DNA of 64,000 nucleotides from Phyllosticta citribraziliensis (Eukaryota): NCBI RefSeq assembly GCF_038025025.1, contig NW_027117353.1, positions 558,001 to 622,000 of the forward strand, read 5' to 3'. Shown piece by piece: positions 50,976 to 64,000 of this stretch (position 1 is its first letter; each line of letters starts with the position of its first letter). The notes under the pieces were generated by a model. It saw only the letters and a program-made list of their open reading frames with translations, ran no database searches and was not told where the DNA came from. The position numbers and the translations under genes were made by a program.

Positions 50976-52872
50976 ATGCCGTGGGTAACGATCAACGGCG
51001 AGCAAAAGAAGGTCGCATGGTACGCCCCCCACCCTGCCGTGGTGGCCTCTCTGCCCTCACGCTCTGCCCTACCGCCCGTCGTCGCTAACCCGTCCTGTCC
51101 TGTCTAGCGGACCGTGCATCCGCGGCCATCGCTCGACCTCGTGCAACCACAAAGATCGTCTGTTGCTCGAGGTCCGCAAGCCTGGCCGCCCTCTCAGCAG
51201 CTGCCCCCACCTTGGCGGCAACTGCAGCTGCGAACGCCTGGTCATCAACTACACCATTCCCAGATGTACGCGACTCTGCCGCGCGCTAATCGTCCCCACG
51301 CTGACCACCTCTGCAGCTTCGGAATGCGCGTGTCCCAACGGATCTAGCGCTGCTCCCGTAGCCGAACCCGTCGTTACTACCGCTGCCGGTGTCAATGGTG
51401 CTGCGGGAGGCCGAATCCAAAAACCAAAGGCCAGGAGATCTGTTAGTAGCCGGAACCCCGCTACGCTGGAGAAGGCCATTAAAGCAACCGAAGAAGAACC
51501 CAAATCATGCTGCTCCAAAAGGTCGTCTCCGTCCACTCGTGCCTCGTCTGATGAACAAGATTCTCCGACCCCTTCGCACGAGGACAAGACCATCTTCCAG
51601 CCCAAGGCCAACCCGGAGACTGAAAGACCGCTGAACGTCCAGCTCGAGGCTCGCAAAGAAATCAACTTTACCCCTGTAACCCAGGTCAACGGCTGGAACC
51701 ACACGACCCTCAAGACGTCTGGATCGACGACGGTGACCCAAGTGCAACCCACCAAGGGCAGCTGTTGCGGAAGCAAATCGGAAAACACGCCTATCCCACC
51801 ATCCCACGCGCCTGTACCTCAGCCTAGGCAGGAACGCAACGGATACACTTTGAGCAATCCCCCGCAACACCAGTACGACCCAAATCAATCATACGCCTTT
51901 TTCCCCACGCGGTCGCATCCCAATGAGCGGTTCGCCCCTCCGTTTTCGACTGTCGCATCGCCCGGCGTGCTTGGATACGCAACCAGTGGAAGTGGCTTTC
52001 CCACTTTTCCGAGCTATGCTCAGTGGACGCCAGGCGTGGTGCAGGGAAAAGGGGATTTGATGCATGAATGTACCTGCGGCGACGCCTGCGCCTGTCTCGG
52101 GTGCCCGGTGCACCCACGGAATGAGACGACCATGAAGCATGTTCGAGAGATTACAGATTTTATGGTCAACGATCCCGTTTACTCGAATTCTTCGTCTTCG
52201 TACCCCGACCAGCGAGTTCAATATCAACCAGTGTACACTGATCAAGCCCGTACCAACGGCCATGGCAGAGCGCGACCAGCCATGGAACAAAGCATGTACT
52301 CGGGCTATGGCAACTCTGGACCCTCCACACCGTACTCGCAGGATCTCAACGGGAATTCGCTTTGGAACTCGCAGAGACCTCCAGCCGCACCTCCGGCCCC
52401 GGCTTCGGCGGAACTACAGCAGTTTGGCTTTCCAGACGACTTGCAGCGCCGACCGAGCCACCCTGTCGAGTACAATCCTAGCTTTGGCTATCAAACAGGT
52501 CACGAGTCTTCTGTACCAACGACAAGTTTTGCTCCCACGGAAATGGTTACTTCCACGGCGAGCGACACGCCTGTTCTGTCTCCGTCCTCCTTTTTCTGGC
52601 AGCAGCTAGAACTGCCCCGATGCAGCGACTTTACCGGGGCGTGTCGATGCGGCGATGGATGCCAGTGTGTCGGCTGTAAGTATAGCCTGCGGCGGTGCAA
52701 AGTTGAGATGGCTGACTGTTTAGGTCTTACACACGGTGGACATGACGGCGTGGCTCTTGGTCAGACTGCAGACGAGAGTTTTCAGCAACCGGCCAAAATC
52801 TCACCCAAAATGACTGTGCGTCCACAAAGCGGCGGCTCTATCGACTTGGCCGTCAGTCGAGGCCCAGGATAG
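50976..52872 (+). CDS. Copper-fist transcription factor (Ace1/Mac1/GRISEA family)
   Basis: Exons 50976-51019, 51108-51265, 51318-52675, 52724-52872; KVACGPCIRGHRSTSCNH..R.LLEVRKPGRP; Cys clusters CTCGDACACLGCPVH and CRCGDGCQCVGCLTH. Confidence 0.9.
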
Positions 52873-53523
52873 CTTTAACATTTGGCCATGGAGGCGTTGG
52901 CTCGGGAGGATTAAAGTGATTTTCTCAATGTTGAGCTCAGCGCTTGACGCTGGCAACCTGATTTTGCCGGGAGCATATTGCACAAACACGGTATCATCAC
53001 AAGGGAGGCAGGTTGAAGATTCGAGGAGAACATGTGTATACCCCGCCGCTGAATTTGCGAGCTTGAAGGAAGTAGCTTAGACGGATAGACTTGGAGTCAT
53101 GGGCATGGCATTGAATTGCTTGAGCATGGAGCAGTGTAGAATCTCAGAGACCATGATTTGAAGCAAACGGTGCAAATGTTCCTTGTTGTGAGTGACCGAA
53201 CAAGACCCGTGGGCGCTGCAGGCGGTGGTGGTCGGCGAGGTCGGATGTCGCCCACCCCGGTTCGTGGTGTTGAGCGGGAGCTGCTGCAGCCTCGCTTAAA
53301 TCGCACAAAAATCGCAACACCAAGCCAGCCCGCCCTCTCCTCCACGAGCGACCAACCTCGACCATCGACACCGCGGATCCTCTCGTAAGTCTGCCCTGCG
53401 TCGATTTCCGACGGCTTGAGCGACACCATGGACGACGATGAATTGGAGTCTTACAAGTTGCTTCGGAAGGTCTGAAGCGTAAATTGCTGACTCGGGGATT
53501 CTCACAGTTGAGCAACTGTCAAG

Positions 53524-54480
53524 ATGCCTTTCACCAAGCTCGTCAAGAACAGCGCGTACTTTTCGTAAGTTTCCTCTTGCTAACCACAGCTCCACGTCAA
53601 AGCTAACAACACCAGCCGCTTCCAGGTCAAGTACGCCCGCCGCAGGTCCGGCAAGACCGACTACTACGCTCGCAAGCGCCTCGTCACCCAGGCCAAGAAC
53701 AAGTACAACGCGCCCAAGTACCGCCTGGTCGTCCGCTTCACCAACAAGGACATCATCTGCCAGATCGTCACCTCTGAGCTCAATGGCGACAAGGTCTTTG
53801 CCGCTGCCTACTCGCACGAGCTGAAGCGCTACGGCGTCAACCACGGCCTCACCAACTGGGCCGCCGCCTACGCTACCGGTCTGCTCGTCGCCCGCCGCGC
53901 CCTGAAGAAGCTCGGCCTTGACGAGGAATTCGCTGGTGTCGAGGAGGCCGATGGCGAGTACACGCTCACCGAGGCCGCCGAGGGCGAGGACGGTCGCCGC
54001 CCCTTCAAGGTCTTCCTTGACGTCGGTCTCGTCCGCACCTCGACTGGTGCCCGTGTCTTTGGCGCCATGAAGGGTGCCTCGGACGGTGGTCTCTACGTCC
54101 CCCACTCCGAGAGCCGCTTCCCCGGTTACGACATTGAGACCAAGGAGCTCGACGCCGAGACGCTCCGCAAGTACATCTTCGCTGGCCACGTTGCCGAGTA
54201 CATGGAGACTCTCGCCGACGACGACGAGGAGCGCTACAAGTCGCAGTTCCAGGGCTACATCGACGACGGCATCGAGGCCGACGGTCTCGAGGAGCTCTAC
54301 GAGGAGGCGCACAAGCAGATCCGCGAGGACCCGTTCAAGGCCGACCCCGAGGCCAAGAACAAGAAGACCAGGGAGGAGTGGAAGGCCGAGTCGAAGAAGT
54401 ACCGCCAGACCAAGCTCAGCAAGGCCGAGAAGCAGGAGCGCGTCAAGGCCAAGATTGCGGAGCTCAGGGAGGAGTTGTAA
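53524..54480 (+). CDS. RPL5: 60S ribosomal protein L5 (uL18)
   Basis: Exons 53524-53564 and 53617-54480; [47 protein letters not shown]; very strong codon bias; 5'-UTR intron 53385-53507. Confidence 0.98.
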
Positions 54481-55340
54481 GCGGGTTTCACGCCAAAAAG
54501 GAGAGGTCTGAGGGTTTCGGCGCAGGCAGGATAGGATTCGGAGGAACCAGGCATGGCAGATGAACGAATCAAAGCACCATGTTCTCGCTCTATTCAGATA
54601 CCCGTTTTGATTGATTGAAAGCACTTGAAATAGAAGATTGGTCCATGCGATGAAAGAGGTAAGGTGACGGCAGCCAAGGGGTGCATCTGGCCTCGGTGCG
54701 GAGGACAGGAGGGAGGGTGGCGCCACAGCGTAGTGCAGTGCAGTGCAGGGCAGGCGGGCGGACCAGCTGCGGTGCAAGGCGTGGCGATGATTACAATACG
54801 GCCAGAGACTGAGAGAATCGCCGGCAACCCTGAGATGGGCGAGGCAGAGGCGTCATGTTGGCCAGTGTTGCATCATCGGACGAGAGACGACAAATCTGCA
54901 CCCGCGGTGGACCTGACGTGACAGACAGACGGACGGGGACGGGGACGGGGACGGGGACCTGACGGGACTGACCAGAACCTGACCCGGCTTATCCCACCGC
55001 ACCGCACCGCACCACCACCAACCAACAGATCGATCCCAAGGGACCAGACTCGGACCCGGACTGCCTCTGCTCTGCTCTCCTCTGCCTTGCCTCGTCTCGT
55101 CACAGCTCTCCCTTTCCAACCATCATCGCTACCATCATGTCTTCTTTATAGCAGCCGTGTCGCCGCCGCCGTCGCCCGCCACGCCTAGAGCGCCGTCTTA
55201 TCCTCCCCACCTCTCACCTGCGCCCGTTTAACTTTTGACTTCCCACCAAACCCTCCCGCCGCGATATTCCGCATGGCTCCTCTGCTGTGATTCTGCCCCT
55301 CGTCCTGCCATCGCCGACAATCCACTCCCCGCGACTCGAC

Positions 55341-58300
55341 ATGGACGGAATTCACGGCGTCGACGTCAGCTGGTTGCACCACTCCAACAAAGGTTGGTCC
55401 ATGTCCCTATCTATCAATGCCGACGCGCCTCGCTGACGCCCGAAACAAGATCAACTGCGAGCAGCAGCAGCAGCAGCAGCAGCACACCCGCCAAGTTCCC
55501 AAGCCCAAGCCGCCGCCGTTCGAGACCCGGCACCTGCGACTGTGCATCCTTCCCGTCATGCCGAGGGCGATATCCCGGCGCAAAACACGGCGGCCGTGAG
55601 TGCGAATAATCACGACAAGGACAAGGACGACTCGAAACCCCCCGACGACGCGGCCGCGACCGCCACGGCCACGCCGCCAAAAAGCATCAACAAGCGACCC
55701 TCCATCCTCGGCAGGAATTCGCAAGACAAGTCGGGCACCACCCCTCCCGATGCGCGCTCGCTGTCGCGCCGCGGCTCGTGGATATCCAACCTCAGCTCAA
55801 AGTTTAGCTCTTCGCCCGGGGCCTCCAACGGCGCTGCTGCCAATGGATCCCCACACAAGGGGCAGGCGAACGGCAACAATGGTAGCTTGCCGCTAGTCAA
55901 CCCCTACTCGCCCGGTCTAGGCCAGCCTCTGCCCACCCCTGCCCAGAAGCGCGAGGAGACCGAGAGCATGGAACCATATGTGCCCCAGCCGCCAGAGCCG
56001 CAGAGGGGGAGCTTCTTGTCCAACGCCCTGAGGCGGCTGTCGTCGGGTTCGCAAGCGCCGCCCGCCACCAAAAAGCCGGGCAATGGCGGGTGCGTGCCGC
56101 GAAAGGTCATGAACGTCGACCCAACCCGCGAGCGCTGCTTGGTTCCAGAGCTGGACGATTCGAAATTGCGCCGCGTTGCATTTTGCGTCGACGTCGAGAT
56201 TGCTGGCACCCCGCGGTACAAGGATGACAAGGAGTCGCCCGAGCGCAAAAAGAGCAAGACCAAGAGATTAAAGGAGCGGGGGGAAGGCGAGGCGCTCAAG
56301 AACCCCGAGGCTGTCGTGCAGGAAAAGGAAAAGGATGGCGTCGTCGCAGTCAGTAATGAAGAGGTGGGAAGCGTCGATAAGCCCAATCCCGAGGGGACGG
56401 TTTTGGACGAGAAAAAGGACGCCGGCAACGGCAGCAAGAAAAAGGAAAAGAAGAAGCGCTCCGAGGCTGAACGCAAGGAACGAAAGGAAAAAAAGAGGCG
56501 CAAGGCCGAGGAAAACGGGAGCGTGCCCATGGAGCTGACGAGGGACGACGACGACAGTTCGACGCCTGGCTCTGACCAGACTAGGCCGAGCAAACCCCAG
56601 GACCGCCCAACAACGGACCCTCTGCGCATATACCGCCGCTGCTGTCAGCTTAGAGAAACGCCCATCCTGAAACGCATCTCGGAGCAGCTGTCGGAGGGGT
56701 CGAATTGCCCCATAGCCACGCCTGGCGCCGTCAACTGCCTAAATCTCATTGGGTCTCGACTCACCCTGGCCGACATGAATACTCTCGGGGATTGGCTGGC
56801 GGTCGTGCCTGTCAAGAAGCTGTTGCTGGAAGATGCGGACATGACGGACGAGGGCGTGCGGGTTGTTCTGGCCGGACTTCTCGCTGCAAAATTACCCGAC
56901 TACAGACGGCGGCGCAACTCATGCGGCGAATTCAGTGAACGGACTGGCTTCGTGGAGAAGCTCAGCCTCAAGAACAATCCCAAGATTACGCGAGAGGGCT
57001 GGAAGTACATTAGTCTGTTTGTCTACATGTGTCGGTCTCTCAAGGCGTTGGACGTCTCGAACATTCCCTTCCCGCAGGCCCGCGCCCCGCCCAAGGTACA
57101 CCCGTCGGAGCAAAAGAAGCAGGTCAAGGTCCCGCTTGACGATGTTGCAGAGATCCTGTGCAAGTCATTGTCGGAGCGTCTTGGCGGCTCGCATTTGGAA
57201 GAGCTCCTAATGGCAAATTGCGCGCTGACGGCGACGAATGTGCGCAAGGTCATCGACGGGGTCGTCGTCAGCGGCATACAACGGCTCGGCCTATCGGGAA
57301 ATAGCCTCGACGACGACGGTTTGGAGCACGTCGTCCGCTACCTGCGGTCGGGCGTTTGCCACGGCCTCGACCTGGGTGGAAACGACCTCTGCAACCGCAT
57401 GGCGCGACTATGCGAGGGCCTCAACGAAAAGATTCCCCTGTGGGCGCTCGGCCTGGCAGACTGCAACCTGACCCCCGATGCCATCAAACCGCTCTTCCCG
57501 CGCCTTGTGGCCATGTCCAACTTTCGCTTTATCGATCTTTCTCACAATCACAACCTCTTTGCGCAGGATCCGAGCGCTCTTGGCACGCTCCGCAAGTACA
57601 TGCCGCAGATGCGCTTCCTCAAGCGTATTCATCTGGAAGATGTACAAATGACGCCGGCGCAGGCGATTGGCCTGGCGGAAGTCTTGCCGGAATGCCCCCA
57701 GCTGGCACACCTCAATATTCTCGAGAACCCTGAAATTTCCGCACTGGCATCGGCGTCGGACGAGTCTTCGCAAGAAGAGGCTTGCGCCCTGTACGCCTCG
57801 CTCATGGTGGCAGTCCGCGTCTCCGACTCCATCATGTGTGTTGATGTCGACGTGCCTTCGCCAGAGAGCAGCGAGGTCGTCAAGGCGCTCGCTAAGCAGG
57901 TTGTGGCGTATTGCTTGCGCAACATGGAGCGCTGCACCATGCAAGAGACGGGACTTGGCGACTCGACAGGTACCATGTCTGACATGCTGGACAAGAATGT
58001 CGAGATTCCTGACGTGCTTCTCCACCTTGTCGGACACGAGACTGACACGGAAGAGGCCAACGTTTCTGATGATGAGGGTTCGTCTGTGGCACCCGATGAA
58101 GACTACATTGTTGGCGGCACGGGCCTGGTCAAGGCTTTGAATTACTGCTTGCTGGAAAAGGCGTCGGACAATCTCCGCCGCAAGACCAGTCTGCCTGGTA
58201 TTGGCAGTCGTTCTGGCAGTGGCACCGCGACACCGAGAAGCTCCAGTCGAATTGGGCATAGGGATTCCAGCTCGACAAGCGCAAAGGCCAAGGTCATGAG

Positions 58301-59702
58301 CAAGAACCTCTTGACCAGCGCACGCAAGATTCGCGCTAGGCTCCAGCCAGCGCTCGCACGAGAGGCGAGGGCGTCCAACGAGATGGCATACAAGCGTTTG
58401 CTCTTCCTCGACAATACGCTTCAGGGCATCATCCAGCGCTTCGAGGCCGAGTACCCCGACTGCCGCCCTGTGTCACAGCCGCTGAATCCGCAAGAGCTGT
58501 CCAACCGGCTCACCAACAGCCTCTCATCCATCTCGACATCGTCACTCCGCACCGACAACGACTATGCCACCGCTCCAACCTCTTCCACGTCGACAAATGC
58601 CGGCGACTCTGTCCCCGCAGAATCACTGCCTGCCCCAACGGCTGGTGGTCCCGTCAACGACGCCGCCTCGGCGCACACGGGCGGCGACTCGGACATGGAC
58701 GACTACCTCGACGACGAATACCTCCCGCCGCTTGGCCTGCGCAGCCGGCACAACTCGGACGTCAGCCTGGCGTCGCGCGCGCAGACGCTCGAGGAAGGCC
58801 GCGTCCACCGCATGGGCCAGAGCGTGCGGCGCGACGTCATCCGGCCGGGCACGCCCACCCTCGGCCCCGACGACGACCACCGCGGCCACGGCCACGGCCA
58901 CCGTCTGCACGGCTCCCGCCCGGGCAGTCCGCGCCTCGTGTCGCCCGGGCCCGAGGGCCGCCTGTCGCTGTCGCTGCCGCTCGTCGAGCGCCTCAAGGAG
59001 TGGAGCGGCGAGGACTTTGCCGTCGACGTCGACGACGAAGACGACGACGACGACATCGCGACGCCGGGATTCCAGCTCTCGTCGACCGACTCGTCGTCCA
59101 CGCCGACGAATCTGTCTGCGGCTGTCAAGAGCGCCTCGCCGCCTCATCCCACCTACGCGCCGCCGCCGCCGCCGCCCCTCGATGCCCCGCCTGCCCCGCC
59201 GTCGTCATCGCTCTCGCAGCACTCGTCGTCTGCGGCGTCGTTTTCGTCGCTGTCTGGCGACGCGGATGCTGATACTGATGCTGCGGCGGCGGCCGCCGCC
59301 GCCGCCGCCGCCGTGCCTTCTACCGCGAAAACCACCACCGCAGACTCGTCGACGCAAGAGACGACAGAAAGCACACCATCAGCGCCGGCCGCGCTCCCCT
59401 CTTCGTCCTCCTCACTCCCCCAAATTCTAACCCAACCCACCACAACCTCTGCCCCCTCAACCACAACCACCATCCCCAACTCCATCCCCAACGACGACGA
59501 CCTAACTCCGCGCCCGCACGAGCCGCGCGCGGCTTGGGAATCCCGCATCCGCGCGCACTTTGTCGGCGTCAATGCGGACGAGCTGCGGCGTATGGAGTTG
59601 GAGCGGCCAGTTGAGTGGGCGCGATTTCGCGAGGCGCAGATTGCTGCGCTCGTCAATGCTGGGAGGGTGCGGTGGGAGGATGTTAGGGGGGAGTTTGTGT
59701 AG
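55341..59702 (+). CDS. MHP1: Mhp1-like leucine-rich-repeat cell-wall/microtubule-associated protein
   Basis: Exon 1 MDGIHGVDVSWLHH, intron 55393-55449; RRVAFCVDVEI (RVxF), DPLRIYRRCCQLRETPIL, RNI-like LRRs, EEACALYASL, YCLRNME. Confidence 0.87.
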
Positions 59703-59988
59703 TGTGTTTGGGCAAGGGCAAGGGGGAGGGAGGGAGAGGGAGGGGAAAAGGGGTTTGGGTTTGATTGGATTGGATTGGATGGGTAGGATAGGTGTGGCTT
59801 AACTCTTATGTCTTGTTGGGTAGGACGTCGGGTGGGTGGTATGCTGCAATTTCTCCTTTACACTATAGCCAGCCTCAGCCTCGTTTTACGAACGAACGGT
59901 CTTTTTTCTAGTTTCAGTTTAGCAAGGAGTGTTTGCGTTGGGCGTTTACTTACCTCTCTACATCAGTCTCTTGTATTCATTTATCTGC

Positions 59989-60004
59989 GTGTGTGTGTGT
60001 GTGT
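59989..60004. repeat. (GT)n microsatellite
   Basis: About 8 GT units in the MHP1 3' region. Confidence 0.8.
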
Positions 60005-60962
60005 GCCTACGTACATGTCTTTCTCGCGTGCCTATCTATCTATCTGCCTAGGTAGGTATCCACCTATTATTGTTTTAGTCTATTAAGTGAGTGAGGAATT
60101 GACTAATTAACCGCCGCTGTTTTTCTTACGTGTAGTTTAGTCTGTAAATGGCAAGGTATGGTAAATCATCTACCTAATATCCTCAGGACAGGCAGAATTC
60201 GTCGTACCACTGACACCGCAGCGACTAAGCACACAGCCTAAGCGCACCTTTCTACGTCCTTTGAATGCCCATGTTATGTACGTTTAAATCCCCGCCGCGC
60301 TTCTCCCACCCGCACCCACACCCACTCCCCACGGCCGCCGCAGAAAAAAACTGCATCTCCAACTCCAACTACAAACGCCAGACAGACATGCACAAGAGCC
60401 GCACACACATTCTGTTCATCGACACAAGATAAAAGCAGGGTAGATTTTCTAATGCTGATGCATACAAGAGCTACATAAAGAGCAACAAAAGAAGAGGAAG
60501 AAAAAATAGACCCATCTCAATGCAAAGCAGACTGCGGCCGTGTCAAAAAAAATGTCATGTCATGTCATATCTCGTCATCATAGCATAGCATAGCAATGCC
60601 ACCGTACCGTACCGTGCCACCGTACCGTACCAGCGCGCCGTAACCCCTGAGTGAGCCAAAGCCAGAGCGAGCAGAGAGCAGCGGCAACAACGACGACGCC
60701 TGCCGGATGCCTGCACCCACTGAGTACCACCATCACCAACCACGGATGTTCTAGACGCCCGTGCCGGCCGACCCCTGGCCGACTGGTGAAAAAGAAACCG
60801 CACTTTGCGAGTTTGTGAAAGAACAAAGATTGAAGCTACGAAGACGACCTGCGATCGTGCGGGAGCAGTGTTGATCCAGACCGCTCGGAAAAGTACTACA
60901 AAAAACGAAGAGGAAGAAGAGGAGGAGGACGACGCTGCGTTGTTGTCGACAGAGACGAGGTT

Positions 60963-62412
60963 CTACTCGTCTGAAAAGACAAAGGCAACGTCACCGCCGC
61001 TGACGGAGACCTTGGGACAGTTAGTTAGTTGCAAGACTAGGACCAAGTACCAGCGTCAACATACCGTGCAGCCGTCATTTGCGTTGCAGTTATCGTAGTT
61101 CTCTCCGGAGCAGTACTGCCCGTTGGAGTACTTGCATCTTCCAGACATGTTGTCTCCCACGAGCTCGACGGTAAAGTTGAGGCGAGAGTAGGTCGTCGGC
61201 TTGTTTTGAAAGATGGCGAGCCAGGCGAGGCCGTCCTTGTAGCCAACGCCCAGATTGAGCGGAGCCCAGTTGCCGACGGGCTGGTCGCCATTGGACCAGA
61301 CACAAGCGTCTTCGACGGCAACATCCATGGAGTTGACGTAGTACTGAGCCGAAGTTGAGGAACCCTGGTGCTGGTAGTAATCGGCCTCATCAGGGCACGC
61401 CAGGGGGTACTCATGGCCGGGCTGCGTGTCGATTGGAATGGTCATGGCCTCAGTGCCTGCGAAATGTCAGATTCAGCGCTTAGAGGGGGCTTGCAGACTT
61501 ACCAGGATAGTCGGTGCGGCAGACAGCCGAGCTACCAGACAGATTGTTCTTAACAGTGACATTGACTTTGTTCGTGCCAGGTATGCAGAGCGTCGAGTAG
61601 GCGCTGTTGGTGAGCTTGAGCTTGCCGTTCTTGCACTGAATGCCGCCGACAGACTGGCCAGTAGCGCCCTGCATCGCGGGCCACTGCGACTTTTGGTATC
61701 CGGCTGGACAGGCGTAGGAGCACATGGCACCCTCACTACAGCATGACGGGCCGTCGCAAAGACTCGAAACCATGGTCTCGATGTTGTCGAAGCCAGCTGC
61801 GGAGGCGACCTTGGCCGACTGAACGCCAATCCAGCCACCGAGACCCATGTAGTCGATTGCAACGGCGCCATAGTCGCTGGGGAAGACGTGGCAGGGAATG
61901 TTTTCGGGAAAGTCCATGTCGAGACCCTGAGCGACAGACAGGGTCGGCGCGCTCGAAGAGACTTCGACAGTGGAGGGCGCTTGCTTGGAGCTTGTCTCTT
62001 GCGTGGAGCTGGTCTCTTGCGTGGAGCTGGTTTCTTGCTTGGAGCTGGTCTCTTGCTTTGTCGAGCTCGAACTAGAGCTGGAGGTCGATGACGGCTCCGC
62101 TTTGGCCACCGAAGTAATGTGAGAAGTGGGCTTTGCCTTTGCCTTGTAGAAAGCAGCGGCCGTAGAGGTAGGAATGACGGTGGAGACTGGAGAGTCGGCG
62201 TAGCGGAGGCGGCCAGCCGCAATGCCCTCTTTGCATTCTTTTTCTGACAGAATGGTGTCTCCCAAAGCGCAAACAGTGACGACGTTGATTTCGAGGCCGT
62301 CCTCTTTCTCGATTGTATTGCGGCGGTGGTAGTGATGATGGTGATGCGATCCCAGCGCAAGCGCCGAGGCAGTCGCAAAGACGGCGCAAGAAGTGAGTAG
62401 AATTGGCTTCAT
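60963..62412 (-). CDS. SUN-family beta-glucosidase/glucanase-like secreted protein (Adg3/Sun-like)
   Basis: Signal peptide, His-run, (K/T)QETSS repeats; FPSDYGA, GWIGVQ, CSYACPAGY.KSQWP, SVGG..C..G.L, CRTDYPG|TE, GNWAPLNLGVG; exons about 62412-61503, 61456-61064, 61010-60963. Confidence 0.9.
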
Positions 62413-64000
62413 GTTGGTTTGTTTGAATGAACGCGCCGGAGGGGATTGGAGTGCGACTTAAGAAGCGCGAGGCAGCGAATTGACCAGATGCGCCGAGCAC
62501 CTAGACCGGCTTTTGTCGCAAAAGAGAAGCAGAGAGAAATGGTCCGATGTAGCGCAACCAGGTTTGAGGCGCAATGTCTTGGACTGACGGATTGTGGCGG
62601 TTGTCTGACGTAGAAGGAGGCTCTGCGAGAATGGGAAGACAGTCTTTTAAATCGGTCTCTGGCCAATTGATCGAACGGGTAAGTCTTGTCGAATGGTGTC
62701 GGGCGCAATGAAGATGAGTTGGCGGCTGGGCGCAAACGAGCGTAGGAGCGGTGAGCTCAAAGAGTTCGGCTGGGAACTGGGGACGAAAGCGAACGAGGCG
62801 AAGTGAAAGTGAAGGCAGCGAGTGAAGATAGACGGTCGAGGAGGAGAAGAGAAGAGAGGAGATGATGGGCTGGCCTGGGTTGGACGAGAAGAAGAGCAAA
62901 GGTCAGCGCATCCATTCCCCAAAACATGGACATAGGGCCCGGCCCGTGCACGGGGTGATTGTTCCTTCCCCATTCAACTGGCATCCAATAATCGGCTCCA
63001 TCCGACTGGGCCTGACACACCCACAACCATAGAACTTACTTTGTTGTTGTTGGTTTCTTCCACGTCGTCAAGCCGTGAGTTGTCAGAGAGGAGATGCTGG
63101 GTGCTGATGCTAACCCCCGACTTCAGGATGACCAGCCCCATTTACATATCGCCCGTCCGAGTCCACGCTGCGCTGCGCTGCGCTGCGCTGCGCTGTCGAC
63201 GGTGAGCGTGCATTTGTGCTACATCACCACCTCTGGCGGGTACCTGACGCTAGCACAGTCGATAGCCTGTCATGCAAGGTGTGGCCATTGTAACCAAGCA
63301 ATCCTCGCACAATGGCTGCGATACTGGCACATGGCCAAGCGCGCGCTTCTCTGCTCCAGACCATCTGGGCATTGGTTTGGGTTGGATTGGACTCCCACCG
63401 ACACCATCATGGCTGACCGCACGGCAGTAACGAGTGGCGCGAGGCGAAAAGTCATCGACGGCTTGAGGTGAACGCTCGACAGAGTCGTCTCGTCGGCCTG
63501 CATTTTCTCCGACAGCTCCTGTCCTGCTGTCTGCCCTGTCTGGCCCTGTTACACAGCACCTCATTTGCCGACGACGCAGGTACAAATCCCGTCTTTGCTA
63601 CAGCGAGCGCCAACATGCCGTCTTCTCCATCGTCCAGCTCTTCTCTCGCACTCACAATCGGCATCGCCAGCCCAGCCGTTGCGGCCAGAGCTGGATCCAC
63701 GAGCCCAATGGTCAGCTGGTCGGTTGCTGCGGTCTCGACTTGCTCTTCGCAACGAGCCGAGCGTGCGTGAGCATGACTGCAGCCCAGCAGCAGCGTCGCG
63801 CAAGGGAGAGGTTCAAGTCCTCACGCTCATCTCCCGCCCATGTCAACGTGCCATGGGGTGACACGGCGACACAGTCGACACCCAGTCGGAGAGTCGTCCA
63901 CGGCAGCGGTCGCTGTCGTTTCTTCGGCCAACAAGACACATATGGCAAAGGCTGTGCTCTCGGGGACGTTGCCAGGCTGGCCGCAGGTACCTCCACCCAA

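Noticed and set aside
53296..54777. 493-aa antisense ORF (also 7614-8579, 57408-58259 and similar)
   Set aside because: Shadow ORFs produced by strong codon bias of RPL5, GH105 and MHP1 on the opposite strand.
63094..63996. Short ORFs at the window end
   Set aside because: Several overlapping frames, none recognisable; likely SUN-gene upstream region.

Overview
Gene-dense, intron-containing DNA from a filamentous ascomycete (Pezizomycotina; GT-AG introns of about 50 nt with CTRAY branch points, unfused spermidine synthase). Conserved genes: Zn-dependent alcohol dehydrogenase, secreted GH105 hydrolase, SPE3, a divergent CAF16/MOD5 pair, a PTH11-like receptor, a CsbD/Hmp1-like stress protein, NAD kinase, PCC1, MNN9, a copper-fist transcription factor, RPL5, MHP1 and a SUN-family glucanase, plus two intron-containing tRNA-Leu genes. 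Three accessory-looking stretches interrupt this backbone. (1) 10-17.5 kb: a tandem array of four divergent CorA-like (GMN-motif) membrane-protein genes, three intact and one pseudogene, inside a block bracketed by the two convergent tRNA-Leu genes. (2) 21-24 kb: a tract with no convincing ORF that holds repeated divergent TATA-box pairs with a CACATG motif and a candidate structured RNA. (3) 39.5-43.7 kb: an intronless gene with a DUF3990/ADP-ribosyltransferase-like C-terminal domain, a decayed repeat-containing gene and more TATA pairs. All family assignments were made by eye from motifs; no searches were run.
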